The notes beneath the pieces were generated by a model. It was not told the DNA's origin. It saw nothing but the letters and a program-made list of their open reading frames with translations, and did no database searches. A stretch of 64,000 nt of DNA from Heptranchias perlo (lineage: Eukaryota), in assembly GCF_035084215.1 (NCBI RefSeq), contig NC_090337.1, positions 11,718,001 to 11,782,000 of the forward strand, read 5' to 3'. The first letter of the stretch is position 1, and every line of letters begins with the position of its first letter. Positions 39,897 through 51,967 of the stretch are shown here, in pieces. The translations under genes were made by a program, and so were the position numbers.

Positions 39897-41280
39897 AGCA
39901 ATCCGGCCAATTACCGCCCCATCAGTCTACTCTCAATCATCAGCAAAGTGATGAAGGTGTCGTCGACAGTGCTATCAAGCGGCACTTACTCACCAATAAC
40001 CTGCTCACCGATGCTCAGTTTGGGTTCCGCCAGGACCACTCGGCTCCAGACCTCATTACAGCCTTGGTCCAAACATGGACAAAAGAGCTGAATTCCAGAG
40101 GTGAGAGTGACTGCCCTTGACATCAAGGCAGCATTTGACCGAGTGTGGCACCAAGGAGCCCTAGTAAAACTGAAGTCAATGGGAATCAGGGGGAAAACTC
40201 TCCAGTGGCTGGAGTCATACCTAGCACAAAGGAAGATGGTAGCGGTTGTTGGAGGCCAATCATCTCAGCCCCAGGGCATTGCTGCAGGAGTTCCTCAGGG
40301 CAGTGGCCTAGGCCCAACCATCTTCAGCTGCTTCATCAATGACCTTCCCTCCATCATAAGGTCAGAAATGGGGATGTTCGCTGATGACTGCACAGTGTTC
40401 AGTTCCATTCGCAACCCCTCAAATAATGAAGCAGTCCGAGCCCGCATGCAGCAAGACCTGGACAACATCCAGGCTTGGGCTCATAAGTGGCAAGTAACAT
40501 TCGCGCCAGAAAGTGCCAGGCAATGACCATCTCCAACAAGAGAGAGTCTAGCCACCTCCCCTTGACATTCAACGGCATTACCATCGCCGAATCCCCCACC
40601 ATCAACATCCTGGGGGTCACCATTGACCAGAAACTTAACTGGACCAGCCATATAAATACTGTGGCTACGAGAGCAGGTCAGAGGCTGGGTATTCTGCGGC
40701 GAGTGACTCACCTCCTGACTCCCCAAAGCCTTTCCACCATCTACAAGGCACAAGTCAGGAGTGTGATGGAATAATCTCCACTTGCCTGGATGAGTGCAGC
40801 TCCAACAACACTCAAGAAGCTCGACACCATTCAAGATAAAGCAGCCCGCTTGATTGGCACCCCATCCACCACCCTAAACATTCACTCCCTTCACCACCGG
40901 CGCACTGTGGCTGCAGTGTGCACCATCCACAGGATGCACTGCAGCAACTCGCCAAGGCTTCTTCGACAGCACCTCCCAAACCCGCGACCTCTACCACCTA
41001 GAAGGACAAGAGCAGCAGGCGCATGGGAACAACACCACCTGCACGTTCCCCTCCAAGTCACACACCATCCCGACTTGGAAATATATCGCCGTTCCTTCAT
41101 CGTCGCTGGGTCAAGATCCAGGAATCCCCTTCCTAACAGCACTGTGGGAGAACCGTCACCACACAGACTGCAGCGGTTCAAGAAGGCGGCTCACCACCAC
41201 CTTCTCAAGGGCAATTAGGGATGGGCAATAAATGCTGGCCTCGCCAGCGACGCCCACATCCCGTGAACGAATAAAAAAAA
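39897..41280 (+). mobile_element. L2/CR1-group LINE, 5' truncated RT with 3' UTR and A tail
   Basis: NYRPISLLS, DIKAAFDRVWH, GVPQGS.LGP, FADD across frameshifted ORFs; ends gggcaattagggatgggcaataaatgctggcc...gaataaaaaaaa. Confidence 0.9.
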
Positions 41281-41539
41281 AGTACTAAGTCTCATTCTTC
41301 AACCAATAGCTTTTGTCTTCTACACTAACAGCCTCACCTTCTGTGAGATAGTTATCAAACTGTGCAGCAATAATCATTACAGAATTCTGAAGAAAAAATT
41401 TTTTAAAAACAGACGCAGAAACATAGGCAGCCAGGTTTCTTTAAAACTGAAAGGGCAGTCAGGTGCAGCAAAGGACTGCAAGAAGTTGAGAATACAGGAG
41501 TGTAGTTAGGAGGTTTTTTTTTTAAGTCTATGGGGTCCT

Positions 41540-42125
41540 GGGCATTATTAATAGAGGCATAGAGTACAACAGCAAGGAAGTTATGCTAAACCTTTATAAA
41601 ACATTGGTTGGGCCTCAGCTGGAGTATTGTGTCCAATTCTGGGCACCGCACTTTAGGAAGGATGTCAAGACCTTAAGAGAGGGTGCAGAAGAGAATTGAT
41701 GGAATGCTAGCAGGGTCGAGGGACTTTAGATATGTGGAAAGACTGGAGGAGCTGGGATTGTTCTCCTTAGAGCGGAGAAGGTTGAGAGGAGATTTGATAG
41801 AGGCGTTCAAAATCATGAAGGGTTTTGATAGAGTAAATATGGAGAAATTGTTTCCAATGGCAGAAAGGTCAGTAACCAGAGGACACAGATTTAAGGTGAT
41901 CGGCAAAAGAACCAGAGGCAACACGAGGTAACTTTTTTTTTACGCCGAGAGTTGTTATGATCTGGAATGCACTGCCTGAAAGGGCGATGGAAGCAGATTC
42001 AATACTTACTTTCAAAAGGCAATTGGATAAATACTTGAAGGGAAAAAATTTACAGGGCTACGGGGAAAAAGTAAGGGATTGGGACTAATTGGATAGCCCT
42101 TTCAAAAAGCCGGCACAGGCACAAT
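41540..42125 (+). mobile_element. CR1 LINE 3' end
   Basis: RLEELGLFSLERRRLRGDLIEAFKIMKG, TRGHRFKV. Confidence 0.88.
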
Positions 42126-42507
42126 GCTTACCTGAGGCACAATATTCCAGGTGAGGCCGAAGTAATGGCAGCATAGACCTTCCAAAGCTATTCTTACTGG
42201 CATAGAGGAAATTAAATCAAAAGGGACCAACCAGCCTCATTATTTGGGGCATTCCTTAACTAATAGTTTTTTGTAACTAAGCAGTATTTTTCTCCCCAGA
42301 ACAGGATTTAGAAATTATACAAATCAATCTTAGCTGCATCCCGGTTTTGGCTGCACACATTCTACTCACTCTGACAAGCCGAGAAGATAGTGTGTTCTCT
42401 TTGGATTTCTCGACTGAAGTTTCTGCAGGTAGATTTGTTATCCTGCGCTACTGCATGACGGGGCCATTTACATCCAACCTGATGGATCACTCGCAGACGG
42501 ACTTACA

Positions 42508-42674
42508 GAGGGCACTTTTAACCTAACCCGCCCGTCGGGAAACTGACTGGATCGGGTGCAATGCTGGTTTTACATCCCGCTTGATTTTACTCTCCACTGA
42601 AGTCAGAGTGTAAAACCAGCATTCCACCCGATCCTGTGGTTTCTCGCTTGGCGAGTTAGGTTAAAAGTGCCCTC
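42508..42674. mobile_element. Palindromic MITE, about 165 bp
   Basis: gagggcacttttaacctaac / gttaggttaaaagtgccctc perfect 20-bp inverted ends. Confidence 0.85.
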
Positions 42675-44224
42675 ATTGTATCTTGGAGGTTAGGGTCACA
42701 CTGTTTCTGTGTCTTGAACAGTCCTCTCTCTTAGGGTCTGATGTCTGATAACTTATCCCCTCACCCATCGCCTTCTGCCCAGAAATGTCTCCAATCCCAT
42801 TCTCTCGCTGTTTTGGAGCAGCTTGTGCCTTTCTTCAGTCTCCTCCCTTAATTCCTTTCTCCTCCCAAGGCTGTGGCTTTGTTGCATCATCCTGTTTTAA
42901 ACCCAGCTCCTTCAATGCATGTCTGGTCCTAGCCAAAACTTGCTATTTTTTTGTTAAATGTAAGAGGGATGGGGGCTCCACTCCTTTTCTTCTGCAAGTT
43001 GGAATGACAAACAATCCTTTCCATTCCCCTCCTTCTTCCCACATGCTGCCCTCCACCCTCTGAGCACTTGGCTGCTTTATTCTATATATTTCATTTGCCC
43101 TCAACTGTTTGCCGGAGACCTCAGTTCTTTTGGCTCTTGAAACCTCATGCTTCATTTCCTTGAATTGGGTAAAAATGTAAAGAACTTGGCTTTGAATTGC
43201 CTGCGTATTTGTGACCAGGGGCACGCACAATCGGGGCGCAAAGCAATTACGCGGCCTAAAAGATCTTGGAATTATGGCCATAAGTGAGTTAAGTGTGCAA
43301 GTGCAATATGCCCTAATCGCCCTGATCTTTTACAATCGTCCATCGATCCTTCCACCCGAACACTTCTCCGCTCACAATACTGGCCCCGCCCCCAAGTAAC
43401 AGAGCCTCGTACGTGAGTTTCCTGCAATTGCGTTTGCTCAGAGGCTCCCTTCAAATTCCGACCAGATTTTCAGGCACAGAAGGAAATGAAATAATTGTTC
43501 AGGTGTTTTATTGCAATTTTTCGAGCGTTTCAGTTTTTACTTTATCTTCACTGCAACCCGCACTGTATTTTCTTATTCTTTCAATGCGTTTTTATGTAAT
43601 CAGTACAAGTCACATTAAAAGCTGAAAAGCTTCCCAGATTGCAAGTTCTTAAACATGGTGTGACTACTGTGCCTGAATGATGGTTAAAATTTAAATTTTC
43701 ATACTTGAAGAATTATATGGTGAGAGTTCAGTGCTTTCCTTGGGCCTTGATTTTTTTTCCACTGATTGACACTCATTTTTACATTTAAGCACGTGCTAAT
43801 GAGATTGGCAGGAAATTTGAGCGTAACTTGACATCGGCAGACTGGGCGCAAGAATGGGCATAACTTCGGGTGCAACTTCTGGTTTGCAGCCCCGCATGAA
43901 ACTCTAGGCCCAAGTATTTTTCTTTAGAAACATTCTCTTCATTATTTCCTCTTAAAAGTCAAAAGGATACCAGTAACTCTAATTACGTTTAACACACCCC
44001 AATACAATTTACTTGCATTACTGTACCCCAAGTAACCACCAGGGTCAAACTGCTGAAACATCTTTTGTCCGTCCTACTGTAGCCTCTGTCTGCACCCTGC
44101 TGTTAGTCTATGTGATACCTTTTCTATTGTCGCTGTTTTTGGAATATTTGTACAGAAACTGAGTACTGAGATCATCAGCGACACTGGCTTGGATGTGTTA
44201 CTGAGCCTAACAGTGCACGAGAAA

Positions 44225-44670
44225 GGAAGAAAGAAAGCTTTGCATTTATAAAGCGCCTTTCAAGACCTTAGGACATCCCAAAGCGCTCTACAGCCAATGA
44301 AGTACTTTTGAAGTGTAGTCACTGAAGTAATGTAGGAAATGCGGCAGCCAATTTGTGGACAGCAATGAGATAATAACCAGATAATCTGTTTTAATTATGT
44401 TAGTTGAGGGATAAATATTGGCCAGGACTCTCCCAAATATTGGGAGAACTCTCAAAATAGCTCTATGGGATCTTTTACATCCACCTGAGAGGGCAGATGG
44501 GGCCTCGGTTTAACGTCTCATCCAAAAGACTGCACCTCTGACAGTGCAGCACTTCCTCAGTACTGCACTGAGGTGTCAGCCTAAATTTTGTGCTCAAGTC
44601 TCTGCAGTGGTACTTGAACCCACAACCTTCTGACTCAGAGGCGAGAGTGCCACCCACTGAGCCATGGCTG
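44225..44670 (-). mobile_element. Deu-domain tRNA SINE, full length
   Basis: Same family; ends cacccactgagccatggctg. Confidence 0.82.
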
Positions 44671-45295
44671 TTAAACTGTTAGAGAGTTAAATTAACCACT
44701 GGAAAGACAAGAAATTTGAATGGTCCTGGGTAATTGATTGAACTTTTATTGTTGGTTCACTTCCTTCACACTGCTGCACTCAATTACTTCAAGGTTATAA
44801 GCCTCTGATGGTGTCAAATATTACATTTAAACAGAAATGGACAATGTAAAAACATTAAACTGAAAAGGGAAGAGCAAGAGTGATCCCAGATGCTTTGATG
44901 CACTTCCCAGGAGATGGTCATGGAAACTGGAGAGAGCTGAGAGCAGGTCACCTCCCTATCCAATTGGTAGCAGTGGTCTTGGCATGGAGTGGCCACAGAC
45001 AGAGGAAGATACATTGATCATAACATTCTTTATTCCAGATATTTATTAAGAATGTTCAGTAACAAACATTTTTGAAAACTGCAAGTGTAAATAAATACAC
45101 AGCAGCGCGGTCAACAGAGGGTCTAAACCGAAAAACATTCACCTGTCTTTTCTCTTTCCAGATGCTGAAGTACCTGCAGTGCATTTCACGTTTACATTTA
45201 AGGCATGAAGATTCTGCTTAAAATTTGTTTTACCCAGTCTGCCACGATTACTCTAACTCTTGCTCCTCTCCCCCTCAAGGATTTAGCGCGAAGAA

Positions 45296-46309
45296 ATGAA
45301 TGCAACGCACAATATAACTTCAAACCGTAGGTTGTGTTCAAGGGACAGTTGGATTACTGAAGTAGTTTACCCAATACTCTACTCCATCATCTTCTTCATA
45401 AGCTTTACGCTAAACAGTCTGGCGATCTGGATATTCTTCAAGATCAAGAAAACGAGGAGCTTTGTTTTCTACCTTAAAAACCTGATCGTTGCCGACTTGT
45501 TAATGACATTCACATTTCCATTTAAAATACTCAGTGATTCGGAGCTCCTGCCCTGGCAACTGACCTGGTTTGTGTGCCGTTACTCAGCTGTAGTTTTCTA
45601 TCTGAACATGTACGCCAGCCTCCTCTTTCTCAGCCTGATCAGTCTGGACAGGTGCCTGAAAATCATGAAACCATTTGGAAACTCCATATTGCACGACACT
45701 AACTGCGCAAGGATATTCTCAGCAGGGGTGTGGCTCTTCATGTTAACTTTGGGGGTTCCGAACATGATTCTAACCAACAAACAGGCGACCCCAAGGAACG
45801 TGAAACACTGCGCCTCGCTTAAGAGTTCTCTGGGGAAGCACTGGCACCAGGCGGTGGTCTACATCGGCATTGGAATATTCTTTGCTGGATTTATGGTTCT
45901 AATTGTTTGCTACTTCTTCATAGCGAAGGAAATCCACAAATCTAATAAAAAATTCAAGTCTTCCATCAAGAAAAACAGTAAGACTAACCAAAACATAGCC
46001 TGTGTGGTCGCTGTATTTTTCATTTGCTTTGTGCCTTATCACCTTTGGAGAGCGCCATTCACAGTCAGTCAGATAGATTCGATATTCAACTGCACAGTTG
46101 AAAATATCTTGTTTCACGGGAAAGAAATCACACAATTCCTGGCCGCTTGCAATGGATGCCTCGACCCGATTATTTACTTCTTCATGTGCAAATCATTCCG
46201 TGAATTGTTACTGAAGAAGTTCAACATTAAAATGAAAATTGCTGGCCCACAGCTATCTCATAATTATGAAAGGTCCAATGTTCGGACATACTGTGAGAAC
46301 ACTATGTAA
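45296..46309 (+). CDS. GPR87: GPR87-like / P2Y12-group GPCR (337 aa, single coding exon)
   Basis: 7TM ORF. GPR87-type motifs KPFG, IHKS, NQxI.VVAVFF, PYHL.R.PFT, KEIT.FL.ACN.CLDPIIYFFMC. Lies between the P2RY13-like and P2RY14-like genes. Branch-like ctctaac plus polypyrimidine acceptor ending 45279; in-frame TAG upstream of the ATG. Confidence 0.72.
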   Translation: MNATHNITSNRRLCSRDSWITEVVYPILYSIIFFISFTLNSLAIWIFFKIKKTRSFVFYLKNLIVADLLMTFTFPFKILSDSELLPWQLTWFVCRYSAVVFYLNMYASLLFLSLISLDRCLKIMKPFGNSILHDTNCARIFSAGVWLFMLTLGVPNMILTNKQATPRNVKHCASLKSSLGKHWHQAVVYIGIGIFFAGFMVLIVCYFFIAKEIHKSNKKFKSSIKKNSKTNQNIACVVAVFFICFVPYHLWRAPFTVSQIDSIFNCTVENILFHGKEITQFLAACNGCLDPIIYFFMCKSFRELLLKKFNIKMKIAGPQLSHNYERSNVRTYCENTM

Positions 46310-47289
46310 GCAGTTACTTGGAAGGAAACTTTCCTCCATCTGTAGCACGTGGTAGACCTGCTGCTCCAAGCACCTCTGGACCTCTATTCACGTGACCGTA
46401 GGAGGTTGGCTGTTCCCGGGTTCAACGCTGTTGTTCTCCAACCAAAGATGGCATGGGAATGCTATTAAAAAACAGGTTCCTTACAAGCGAAAGGACCCTA
46501 CATAAACGTAACTAATAAAATTGTCTACTGATTCTATTTTGTGTCCCTCCCTCTTCCTATGCGGAAGTGCCTGGCCTGCACTTGACAATTCCCTACAGTA
46601 CCACGAATGAAATCAGAGACTCTGTGTGGGGAATTTGCAGGCACATATCTGTGTCCCATCCACAGCTGCAGTATGTTTACAGATTTCCTGATGTTGACAC
46701 TCCAACGCGAGATTGATTGTGATGTTAGGCTTCGACAAAACATTAGCATAATTGGATATATAATTGAAGAGGAAAAATTTGCAGGGCTATGGGGAAAGAG
46801 CAGGGGAGTTGGACTAATTGGATAGCTCGTTCAAGAGCCGGCACAGGCACGATGGACCGAATGGCCTCCTTCTGTGTGGTATGATTCCATAAAAGGCCAC
46901 TGAAACATTCCTGTTGGCAGTACAGTAAACATCATAGTTTTTACAATCCTGTGCTATATGGACCTTCTGCCAATGAAATGAACATTGAAGCTCAACCAGA
47001 AGCATTTTGTGAGTTTCATGCAGTCCTTGCATGTGTGCTACATCTTCTCAATGTCTTATTGTAATGTATTATATATAATTCATTAAAATTCTCATATTGC
47101 TAAAAAGTGTCTGATGCAATTGAAATGATAATTAACTACTGAACGAATGGAATGTTTCTGTAATGTCACACAATTAAAAAAAAACAATTTCAAAAACACA
47201 AGTCAATTGCAAAAATGTTGCAAAATTATTCCTCGAACTGATACTGCAGTTGTAAGAATTTCACCCAGAATAACTACAACTGGCTTGTA

Positions 47290-47655
47290 ATGAAAGAACT
47301 TGGATTTATATAGCGCCTTTCAAAACCTCAGGACGTCCCATAGCACTTTACAACCAATGAATTACTTTTGAAGTGTAGTTACTTTTGCAGTGTAGGAAAT
47401 GCGGCAGCCAATTTGCAGACAGCAAGATCCCACAAACAGCAATCAGATAAATGATCAATTAAACTGTTGCAAGGTGTTGGTTATGGGATAAACAGGGCCA
47501 GGACAACTCCCCTGCTCTTCTTTGAATAGTGCCATTGGATCTTGAGACAACAGATGAAAACTCAGTTTAATGTCTCATCCAAAAGATGGCACCTTCGACA
47601 GTGCAGCGCGACCTTCCAACTCAAAGAGTGCTACCACTGAGCCAAAGCTGACATC
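47290..47655 (-). mobile_element. Deu-domain tRNA SINE, internally deleted
   Basis: Same tail and head motifs. Confidence 0.75.
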
Positions 47656-48194
47656 TAAGCTCTCTTATCTACCAATTTTTCCTTTAAATTCGTACAGCTA
47701 TGACAGGAGATGGGGGTACTTAAGATTAAAAATATTCTTCTCTCTCTGCCTGACAGTATTGTTTCCCTTTAATATTTGGTTGAAAGTGCTTCTTATAAGC
47801 TCTAAAAGCATGGTCAAAGAGGTAGGTTTTAACGAGGTCACCCATCTGAATATTTCCTTCTTTGGCTCAGTGTCAATTTTTGTCTGCTTGCGCTCCTGTG
47901 AAATGCCTTGGGACGTTATCCTATGTTAAAGGTGCTACATAAATGCAAGCTGTTGTTGCACCTAGCACCCTCCGTAAACTTGAGTTCATACAAAACTCTG
48001 CTGCCCATATCCTAACTCACACCAAGTCCCGTTCACCCATCACCCCTGTGCTCGCTGACCTACATTGGCTCCCGGTCCGGCAACATCTCGATTTTAAAAT
48101 ACTCATCCTTGTTTTCAAATCCCTCCATGGCCTCGCCCCTCCCTATCTCTGTAACATCCTTCAGCCTTACAACCATCTGCGCACCTCCAATTCT

Positions 48195-48540
48195 GGCTTC
48201 TGAGTCCGATGGGATGGGTTCAAGTCCCACTTCAGAAACTTGAGCGCAAAATCTAGGCTGGCACTCCAGTGCAGTACTGATAGTCGGAGGTGCCGTGTTA
48301 CGGATGAGATGTTAAACCGAGGCCCCATCTGCCCTCTCGGGCGGACGTAAAACACCCCACAGCACTATTTCGAAGAAGAGCAATGGAGTTTTCCATGTTG
48401 TCCTGGCCAATATTTATCCTTCAACCAATATCACTAAAAAACAGATTTGTGGGACCTTTCGATGTGCAAATTGGCTGCCACGTTTCCTATATTACAACAG
48501 TGACTACACTTCAAGAGTACTTCATTGGCTGTAAAGCTGA
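48195..48540 (+). mobile_element. Deu-domain tRNA SINE, partial
   Basis: gggttcaagtccc B box and Deu core. Confidence 0.75.
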
Positions 48541-50219
48541 CAACAAAGTGTCAAAGCTGACAATGGTGTGGAAGAAGGTGGATGGACAGATGTAGGCGTA
48601 GAGAAGATATTTTCACTTGTGGGGGTGACCAAAACTAATGTTTCAACCAAAACATTAAGCAAAACAAAAATAAGAGAGTCACTAATAAATCCAATAAGGA
48701 ATTTAGGAGAAACTTCTTTGCCCAGAGAGTGTTTAGAATGTGGAACTTGCTACCACAAGGAGTGATTGAGGCAGATAATATAGATGCATTTAAGGTGAAG
48801 CTAGATTAAGTACACAAGGGAGAAAGGAATAGAAGTTTATGCTGATAAGGTGAAATCAAGTAAGGTGGGAGGAGGTTCGTGTGGAGCATAAACACCGGCA
48901 CAGACCAGTTGGGCTGAATGGCCTGTTAATTCTATGTAATCAGCTGTGAAAGTGCCAGAGGTACCTGAAGAGCAGCTACAAGTTGGAGCGGTGGAGGAGT
49001 GAACCAGGATGCACGGACAGCGCATCCCTCCCGTTTGTAAATGGGGAGGAGACGGGGGGGGGGGGGGTGTTTGGTAATGGTATCATTCTAATCTGGCAAA
49101 TGCAAAGGCTGGTGAGATAGAAGGTGAGGACAAGGAGCATCTTGAAATGGTTATGAGAGGAAGTGTGTGTGTGTTGGGTGGGTGGGGGGGATGTGGGAGA
49201 GAGGAAGTGAGACCAGATCCATTCTTTCCCATAAATGCTGTTGCAGACAGGTGGCAATTATAATGTCACAGCAGCAATCAGGCGGGACGCAGGGCTGTTT
49301 GTCACAGGTAAGGGGACCCATCCATTCAATATGAAGACCAGTATCCCGTAGGTCTTTGATTGGCGGCTCTATTTGTGTGGGCAAACATAATATAATGAGA
49401 CATGCGTTGTACGTATCCTGTGTTTTGGTGCAACGTCAAAGGATTTTGGATGATACAGCTGAGGCTGACCTTCTGCGTCAGTCTGAAGCCAGCAGGAATA
49501 GGGACAAGCCAAAGACTGCATTATAACAAACTGTGTTTCAAGGTTCCGATTAATACGGAGGCTTACTGCAGGGGAAGTGGCTTTGTTGTTTCCGATATTA
49601 TGAGAATACTAAAGCTTTAATTATTATAAACCCACTGTTTTCACTTAATACTGATCATTTATCTGTTAAATAAATCTGATTAGTTGTATAGAGCCAACGC
49701 CATGATCTGGTGGAATTCTTTCATCTACTGAATGTAAGGAAATCATGAAGGGTATGTGGTACATTCAGCTACAATACAACAATGAGCAATCTCTGTTTGA
49801 TCCTGGGGCGCACTACAATCACTTAGATATTGGTAAAGACACACTCCAGGTCCTAGGGAATGGTCTGTGGCACTGAACCCAAGGAAAATATCTGGTGTGT
49901 AAAATAAAAAACACAAAATAACAACTTCAACAAATTATTCACTAGTCTAACCTATTAACTGCATCAAAAATTTGCAGTTCAAGAGTAATTCATCAGCTGT
50001 GATTTCAACGGAAAGAAAATCCAACAGGTTCGACAATGGGTGGACCATCTGTTCCACCAGGTTACCCCATTACGAAAGTTCCAGGACTGAAAGGTTACGT
50101 ATTCTCCTCTTAGTCCAAAGAAAAGATTGACAAAAGGGCCCAAATATTACTGGGAGATGCTGAACACCATTGCCACATCTCCTGTGTGTTGAACAGTATC
50201 CCTATTTCTTATCCTACAG

Positions 50220-50534
50220 GCTAAAAACAGGAAATAGTAACTTCCTCAAAAATATTACTGCTGACTAACATTTCTGACATCAGCCAACGGTGACAGAAGT
50301 AACAACTGGCATCTGCTTGTTCATCTTCACAGTTACTCTACATATCACAAAATGAACGTAACGCCTTCAATGAAGGGCTTGGACCTACTTTCTTCTACTT
50401 AAGATACAGCTTCATCAGTTTTAGGTCGACTTACACATGTTGGAATTGTGCGCTGACATAAGATAGAGTTACTGAAAGGATCGGCTGGAAAGTTTTGTGG
50501 GAAGGACCAAGATCTGAAGGTGATCCAAGTAAGT
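50220..50534 (+). promoter_or_regulatory. Candidate 5' non-coding exon or promoter of the P2RY14-like gene
   Basis: Acceptor tttcttatcctacag ends 50219; ETS/PU.1-like AGGAA (50229) and ACTTCCTC (50240); donor CAA|gtaagt at 50529. Confidence 0.35.
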
Positions 50535-50660
50535 GCTCATTTTTCGATTTTTTAAAAAAATAAAACGTTAAAACTGGGGATGTTCATTGGTACCATTGTA
50601 ATAGTACAGGGCCAAAGTTAGAAAGAATAGGAGAGAATGCAAAAACACAATGGGGTCAAT

Positions 50661-50769
50661 TTTCAACTTGTTGAGGTGTAAAACAAACCAATGCAAATGA
50701 AAATCGGGCGGTTTCCATAAAGGGCAGAGCCTGTTTTACGCCAAGGCAGTAAGTTGAAAATCTACCCCA
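50661..50769. mobile_element. Short MITE related to the palindromic family (similar pieces near 36626-36732 and 62900-63012)
   Basis: ggggtcaattttcaactt / aagttgaaaatctacccc inverted ends. Confidence 0.6.
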
Positions 50770-50945
50770 GTATGTTGGAAATAGAGGTCAGTCAGTTTCT
50801 GAAAGCGAAAGGCAAGTTAATACTTGTGGTGGAAGTACTAGTCAGAATTCCTGACACAGTCGTTCAAAGAATGCAAAAGATGGATTATGCAAGGAAGCAG
50901 TTCTACGGTTTTGAGGTCGTAAGAAGTAATGTCTTTATGAAAAGA

Positions 50946-51133
50946 TGTAAGGAGTCGCACAACATCAGGTTATAGTCCAACAGCTTTATTTGAAATCACA
51001 GGCTTACGGAGCTTTGCTCCTTCGTCAGGTGAAGCTCCGAAAGCTTGTGATTTCAAATAAAGCTGTTGGACTATAACCTGGTGCTGTGCGACTCCTTACA
51101 TTTGTCCACCCCAGTCCATCACCGGCATCTCCA
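50946..51133. mobile_element. Penelope pLTR fold-back insertion (inverted pLTR pair)
   Basis: 70-bp inverted arms 50945-51014 and 51032-51101; 13-bp TSD ctttatgaaaaga at 50933-50945 and 51134-51146; same family as the 23880 footprint. Confidence 0.88.
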
Positions 51134-51967
51134 CTTTATGAAAAGACTTGGTGACATCAATTCGGATGTGAATACACAACAAAAACAAATTTCAAGGTCT
51201 GACAATTGAATTGCAGGATTATTCAAGCAGTAGAGAAAACAAGAGTTGCAGTTCCAGATAAGAGTTAAATCCAAAGAATGGGAGCGCATGAATGTGAAAA
51301 AACAAAAGATCGGTCTATGGATTCACTAGATTTCGTTTTGATGCTTAAAATATGGATGAACTCTATTCTGACGTATTTGAGCCCTGTTTGCCTGTAATTC
51401 TATATTGCATTAATCTTGGACCTTCCGGATTAAGGGGGTGGGTAGCCGAGGCACACATGCCAGGAGAGGAAAGGTTCAATCTCCAAATACTGGAACTCAT
51501 CTGATGCAACGGTGTAGATGCTATAACCGACCTCAGGACCTCTGGGCTGGGGTGGGGGAGAAGAGAGAAGCAGACAAGGTTGCCACTTCTGAGAATTGGG
51601 CGAGGTGCCAGAGAACATTTGGGAAAGAGTGGAGAAAACTGGCAGAAAAAAGCAGCAAAAAACAGGGTGATGGAAACAGCAGCCCGGTAATGCACCAATG
51701 CAGGCACCAATACGTGGAGGGACACAAGGTTTAACTCCAATTCCTCGAGGTCCCTAAGCTGGAGAAGACAGATAACCTCCCACAGAGAGGGTGCAAACAG
51801 CAACGACATGAGAAAAAATCCCAGTGGTGGAGAGCTGTTGGGAACCATAGGTCCAAAGACACCTTAGTTGACAAATTTTTCATATACTGTAACACAAAGT
51901 TATTTTCCGAAAAATCTTTCCAATTTCAACATGTTTTTTTCTTCCCTATTTGGAGAAAAGTACAGAA

